Positions 25,087 through 64,000 of a stretch of DNA of 64,000 nucleotides are shown in pieces; within the stretch, counting starts at the first letter, position 1, and each line of letters opens with the position of its first letter. The stretch lies in contig OX597816.1 of NCBI GenBank assembly GCA_951406725.2, positions 53,878,001 through 53,942,000 on the forward strand, written 5' to 3'. The notes beneath the pieces are model-generated. The model was not told the origin of the DNA, searched no databases, and saw only the letters and a list, made by a program, of their open reading frames with translations. The DNA is from Octopus vulgaris. Its lineage: Eukaryota. Position numbers and translations under genes: made by a program.

Positions 25087-25643
25087 CATAAATTTTTTCT
25101 CTCCTTCTCACAACCATGTCGGCTATCACTAAAGACTCTACCTGGTTGCTTGACCTGCTTGAAAACAGCAGCAAAATTACTCTCAAACCATGTCCTATCT
25201 TGAAAAGGACACATTTGATAAATGTAGTCCAAGTATACTTTGGAAAAAAAAAATAGGATGCTCATGGTTGGAATCCATTTAATCATAAAATGTAAAATTC
25301 AAAGAAATTGTTAGCAAGTTTCTGGAGTTGGAGGAGCTCAGTTGCCATGGCAATTTGGTGAACCTCATAAATCTTTTCTCTCCTTCTCACAGCCATGTCG
25401 GCTATCACTAAAGACTCTACCTGGTTGCTTGACCTGCCGCAAACAGCAGCAAAATTACTCTCAAATCATGTCCTATCTTGAAAAGGACACATTTGATAAA
25501 TGTAGTCCAAGTATACTTTGGAAAAAAAAAATAGGATGGTCATGGTTGGAACCCATTTAATCATAAAATGTAAAATTCAAAGAAATTGTTAGCAAGTTTC
25601 TGGAGTTGGAGGAGCTCAGTTGCCATGGCAATTTGGTGAACCT
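25087..25643. repeat. Tandem duplication, 2 x about 279 bp
   Basis: Near-identical blocks starting at 25087 and 25366. Confidence 0.93.
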
Positions 25644-28156
25644 AACATCATTCTCTGCTGATGTGACTCTTAGACAAAAAGTGAGGAAGTGTTGGGGTCC
25701 CCATCACTTCATAGCAGCTAAGTTTTGTCTCATTTGACTCCCTTTTTGCCTAACCAGCAATCCTTCTCAAGGGATTCCGATAGTTCTTTTGTTGATGATT
25801 AAAAACTGTCAACATAATTCGAATTTTGGTTTTGGTCAGGAAATGCTTCCTCATCTAAAAATGAATAATTTTCCTTGAACATTTCAACAGAGTTGACAGT
25901 ATTACAGCTGTTTCCCATCTGAATATCCTAAAACTTCAGATATTCCCATTATCTCGTCTCGTTAGCTGCTAACAAAGAATTTGTAAATATCGTCTTGATA
26001 AAAAAAAAACTATTTTCTTTTGAACAAATTAGACTTCAAGTTCTTTTTACATTGTGCTCACCATCAAAACTTCATATTCAGTGCTGTTTATATTTTTATA
26101 GATTTATCAAACTGTATATTTCAAGTCTTTTAAGTAAGAATGTATATTTTTATATGCAGTGGAATGTTGTCTCAAGTAGACATTGTTAGCTATTCTTTAC
26201 ATTTACATCAGACTTTTACTTCATTAAAACTAACACTGCTCCATATTTTCCAAGTTCTGTATATTTTTCTTGTTACCCTACAATAACTAGTCTCAAAATT
26301 GTAGTAAAAATGTATTTTTGTTGTGTGAATGAGAGAATTTTGTGAAACAAAATAAATAATTCCTAATTTCTGTATTTTGTTAATTATATGAACTGATTGC
26401 ATGTTATTGACTTTACAGTGTCTATGGTAAGAGAGGGAGTTTTATTTTTCTGTTAGAGGAAACTAATTAGTGAAGTTAGCTAAAAGAGGACGACTGTAAC
26501 AGTTTATCATTTCTTCTATATCCCTCTCTACCATATAAGTGTGTCTGTTGGCTCTTTGTCTTGACATTGAGCAATCATTATTATTATTATTATACAAGTT
26601 TTGTTCAGTCTTCTGAAAAAACATTCCAGACCAATGAAAATTTTTCTTGCTGACAGAGCATCTGAACCTTATCTGACTGATGCAAGCATAAAGTCAGCAT
26701 CATCATTCATCGTTTAGTGTCCATTTCCCATACGTAGCATAGGTTAAATGATTTGACTGGGGCTGGTCAGCTGGAGAACTGCACCAGGGTCCAGTCTGTT
26801 TAGACTTGGGTTCTACAGTCTGATGCCCTTTCCGACGCCAACCACTTCAGTGTACTCGGTGCCTTTTACGTATCACTGGCCACAACTGATTTCACTTAGC
26901 TTGATCAGTCTTCTCGAGCACAGCAAATTGCAAAAGGTCTCGGTCACTTGTCATCGCCTCCATGAGGCTCAACATCTAATCATACTTCCACCATCTTGTC
27001 CTACATCATCATCTTCAACATGTTCCAATCGTCTCGGCCACACTATTGTCTGCCTCAATTACACCACCATCAGTGTAGAACAGAGAGTTTGTTTTTTGTC
27101 TTTAATTGAACGGGTATGGCAGCATCAGTGACCATTTCTGGCAGAATCCTAAAAGAATAATTCAATACTCACTCTTCCATGCTTGCAATGGGGCCAGACG
27201 GAATTTGTTCAGTTGGATGTCCTTTTTTCTTCTGGCCAGATGGGTTTTTCAAAAAACACAGGAAATCAACACCCTTGTTTGTATGAGGATAACTCATTTA
27301 CAACCATTACACGATCTCTCTCTCTTGCCATCATCATCATTTAATGTCCATTTTCCATGCTAGCATGGGTTGGACAGCTTGACAAACTGGCTGCACCAGG
27401 TTCCATAGTCTGTTTTGGCTTGGTATACAGCTGGATGCCCTTCCTAACACCACCCACTCCACAAACTGTACTGGGTGCTTTTTAAGTGGCACCTTGGTTT
27501 TAGGACCCTTCTGTTGTGGTTGGGTCTTGTGTACAGCATTTTACCATAATACCTCGGCTCTGTCATCAATGTTCGCTGCTTTGAGATCAGCCTTCAATAC
27601 TTCATCCCATTTCTTCCTGGGTTTCCCCTCTTCCGTGTGTGTGGAAGCAAAACCTGGAACCTTTTACTAGGACCTTAAAGTTAACTTCACAAAAAACAGT
27701 GTTGCTGGAATACACCCTCTTGCTGCTCTTTCCTGGACAGCAGCAAACCTGTTTCTGTCCTCATTCTTCTTCTCACACACACACACACAGTCTCTCTCTG
27801 ACCAGGTAATCATGTACCTCCTCTACAAAACACCTGTTTCTGTCTCACTCAAACTTTTTATCATGTGACACAAAACCACCTCCTCTATTGTCCCCTCTCC
27901 TCAACAAATCTTTGTCTTGCAAGTTATTTGGTGACACATAAAAAAGCATCAAGTCCATACAGGTTAGCAAGGGCATCCAGTCATAAAAACTGTGCCAAAC
28001 ACACATACACAATTTACCATATATCTTGGCCCTGTCATCAATGTTCAGTGCTTTGAGATCAGTTTGAAAGTTGGACATTCAATAACAATGGGGTGTGTGT
28101 GTACACACACGATTGGTTCTCGTGCCAGTAGTACATAAAAAGCACCAGCCAAACGT

Positions 28157-28393
28157 GATGTGTTTCTATGTGTGTGTATATATCTGTCTGCCTGCCTGCC
28201 TTTGTGTGTGTATGTCTGCCTGCCTGCCTTCCTTTGTGTGTGTGTGTCTATATCTGTGTATCTTTCTTTGTGTGTATTAGTCTGCCTCTGTGTGTGTGTG
28301 TGTGTCTGTTTGCCCCTCTGTGTGTGTCTGTTTTGTCTCGGTGTGTGTGTTATGTGTCTCTCTATGTGTCTGCCATGTCTGTGTGTGTGTTTG
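28157..28393. repeat. Degenerate (GT)n/(CTGC)n microsatellite tract
   Basis: Low-complexity TG-rich sequence that produces spurious Cys/Val ORFs. Confidence 0.9.
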
Positions 28394-28867
28394 TAAGCCA
28401 AGTTTTCAAGTTTCATTTAATAAAAATTGTCACACTTTATATTATTACATGGATAGATATATCCGTCCGGGTTGCGGATCTGTGGAATAAGCTGCTGGAC
28501 GAGATAGTGAAGATGCCGACGACCGCTTGGTTCAAAGTCTCCCTTGACCACAAATGGCCTGAACTCTTTGCATGAACACCACCCTGTACATAACTCCATG
28601 TCCCCCTACATGGCCTTGCTTTTTGCTTTTTGAGCCAAAAAATTAACTTAACTTATCTCCATGTAGTATCTTGGAAGGGTCGTTATGCCAATAACAAACA
28701 CATGCATTAGTTCTATTTCACTTCAGTCAGTCAGTTGTGTTTGTGACATCTACAACATGCTTATTGGTATAATGACCCTCTTGAGACAACAAAAACTGTT
28801 TCAACACATCAATTCACATCAAGAATCTGGCCAAGCAAATACGTTACAGACATTTACAGTTTCAGGT

Positions 28868-28873
28868 TTTATT
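28868..28873 (-). promoter_or_regulatory. Candidate polyadenylation signal of ICA1 (AATAAA), implying a 3' UTR of about 1.3 kb
   Basis: tttatt on the + strand near the end of the repeat-free tract downstream of the stop; another candidate lies near 29037. Confidence 0.35.
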
Positions 28874-30150
28874 CATTATTTCTTAATTCTTAACACTTTC
28901 CTAAAATATAAAAAAAATCTAGCATAAATATCTTTGGTAAGCAAAGTTAGCGCAATGCTGATATAGATGTGTGCATAAATATACTGACTGGCATCGAGCT
29001 AACTTTGATTACCAAACATGACTGTATTCGATTTTCTTTATTTAGGAATATGTTAAGAAATTTAAATAATGAATAAAAGGTTAAACTGATGGAAGCTGTC
29101 ATGTATATACTGTATAAATCTACTTTTGACATACGTCTAATGTATTAAGTGTATATTTACAGTAATGTCAGGTGTGACACTTTTTATGATACAAAACTCG
29201 TAATCCTTTTGAAAAGCTCTCTAACAATTGTAGAGTGAAAAGGCGAAGCCAGCCACGGTTTAATGTTACACTCTTCTTGCTGTGAACGATTTTGAAGTAA
29301 ACCCTTCCATAGGGGAAAATCCTTAAAATGTCAGTAAGATGGCATAGACTTAAGATAACTGGAGCAGCATTTTGGATTTAGAGAATGTATCTCTGAGAAG
29401 GAAATTAAGGCTTCCAAGAAAGGGGTAGAAAAACCAACAGAATAAGAAAACATGAGAACTTAAGCAACAAAATGAACTGTTGAAGTGTAAACAGGAAAAA
29501 AAAAAAATGAATAATCTGCATAAACAAGTAGTTACAATAACCTTCATATATATATAATCAAGTAATTATAATAATAATAATAATAATTAACTGATTCTCC
29601 ACTCAATCAACAGGTTTGACAGTAATAGAAAAACTTGGTTCCTGTGTCTATACAAAAATCTGTCTGAGCAATCTAGTAGAACCACTCGCGCCGCGTTTAT
29701 TCCTGAAATGCCATCGTCGTGACAGGAAATACTTGTCGCACATCACTAAACAGATGCAAATGGATGTCACTCTGAGAGTTGAAAACAGACTTTTATAAAA
29801 ACAAAAACTTTGAATGAACAAACATAATTTAGGATATTGAAGACTTAATAATATTAAAATAAAAACAGTTCAGATCTCTAAGTTTTATACATAATCCATG
29901 CTCCAACATTTGTGTAGTTTTGTGGGGAATTAGTTGTAAATATATTAATAATAATAATAATATAATAACAGTTGCACATTCAGCCACACATCTTGGCAAA
30001 TAAAAGCAACATCGACAGAAATGGCATTAGAGACATTGCTGAATGGAATTTCTTCAAATAAAGTAGTTTGGTTTTCTTTTTTGTGAGTAAAAAGGATTGA
30101 ATAAAATCAAATGAGGAAATCTTATTTAAATATTGAAGTTTTGAACAGAT

Positions 30151-63540
<33,390 letters not shown>

Positions 63541-64000
63541 CTGCAAGTGAAAGACAGGGACAAGCCAACGTATTTTATTAAAACACTTCAATAACAAAAG
63601 CAGCTTGTCAACAGTATCATGTTTATAAAGAAGTGAAACATCATTCAATAATGACTGAGAAAGATGATGTTAACAAAGAAAATACTTCAATCATGCACAG
63701 AAAGCCAATAGGAAAACTTTGAAAGTCTGTGAGAAAGCAAACAAATGGCATTTCTATCTAAACAGTAAATATAACAAAGACAGCTATGTTTCAACACACA
63801 CACACACACACGTTGGTCATCTGTTAATTACATTCTAACTGACTTTATATAATCCACCATTATCTGACACCTTTCAAAATTCTTCGCAGCTGAATGAGTT
63901 AAATTTAATGGTCAAACTGATTAAAGTGTGCACACCTGAAATGAAGAGCAATGTGTTCAATTAGTACCAGAAAACAAGGCTTGGTCCATCAGAAGAATGG

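Noticed and set aside
28045-28575. Cys/Val-rich and His/Thr-rich ORFs
   Set aside because: Translations of (GT)n microsatellite.
29680-29790. CpG-rich patch in the ICA1 3' UTR, considered as a SECIS element
   Set aside because: No AUGA/AA/GA SECIS architecture is visible, and the UGA falls at the normal ICA69 C-terminus.

Overview
AT-rich, repeat-dense eukaryotic genomic DNA. The SINE and RTE-LINE repertoire looks like that of an octopod cephalopod (inferred from repeat content, not from a database search). There are two convergent multi-exon genes. (1) Minus strand: an ICA69/ICA1 orthologue (arfaptin/AH-BAR domain plus ICA69 C-terminal domain). I traced 11 core exons with GT-AG ends and consistent reading phase from 63540 to the stop at 30151; the first exon lies beyond the window. 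Several candidate cassette or poison exons sit in the linker region. (2) Plus strand: the 3' part of a gene I cannot identify (exons 2663-2686?, 3236-3469, 22593-22735, 24560-24631). The introns contain decayed RTE and CR1 LINEs, many 5'-truncated RTE 3' ends with a modular hairpin VNTR, tRNA-derived SINEs, Tc1/mariner relics, piggyBac-like and Tigger-like MITEs, two non-autonomous Helitrons and four local tandem amplifications (5x166 bp, 2x279 bp, ~4x335 bp, 13x~249 bp). The most unusual items are a compositionally foreign, strongly self-folding 180-bp element with a perfect 9-bp target-site duplication (807-986), a 148-bp-arm inverted repeat in an ICA1 intron (41671-41988), and a PHD-type C4HC3 finger inside an RTE reverse transcriptase (about 20215-20355). 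I found no prokaryote-type system and no CRISPR array. Most entries in the ORF track are spurious repeat translations.
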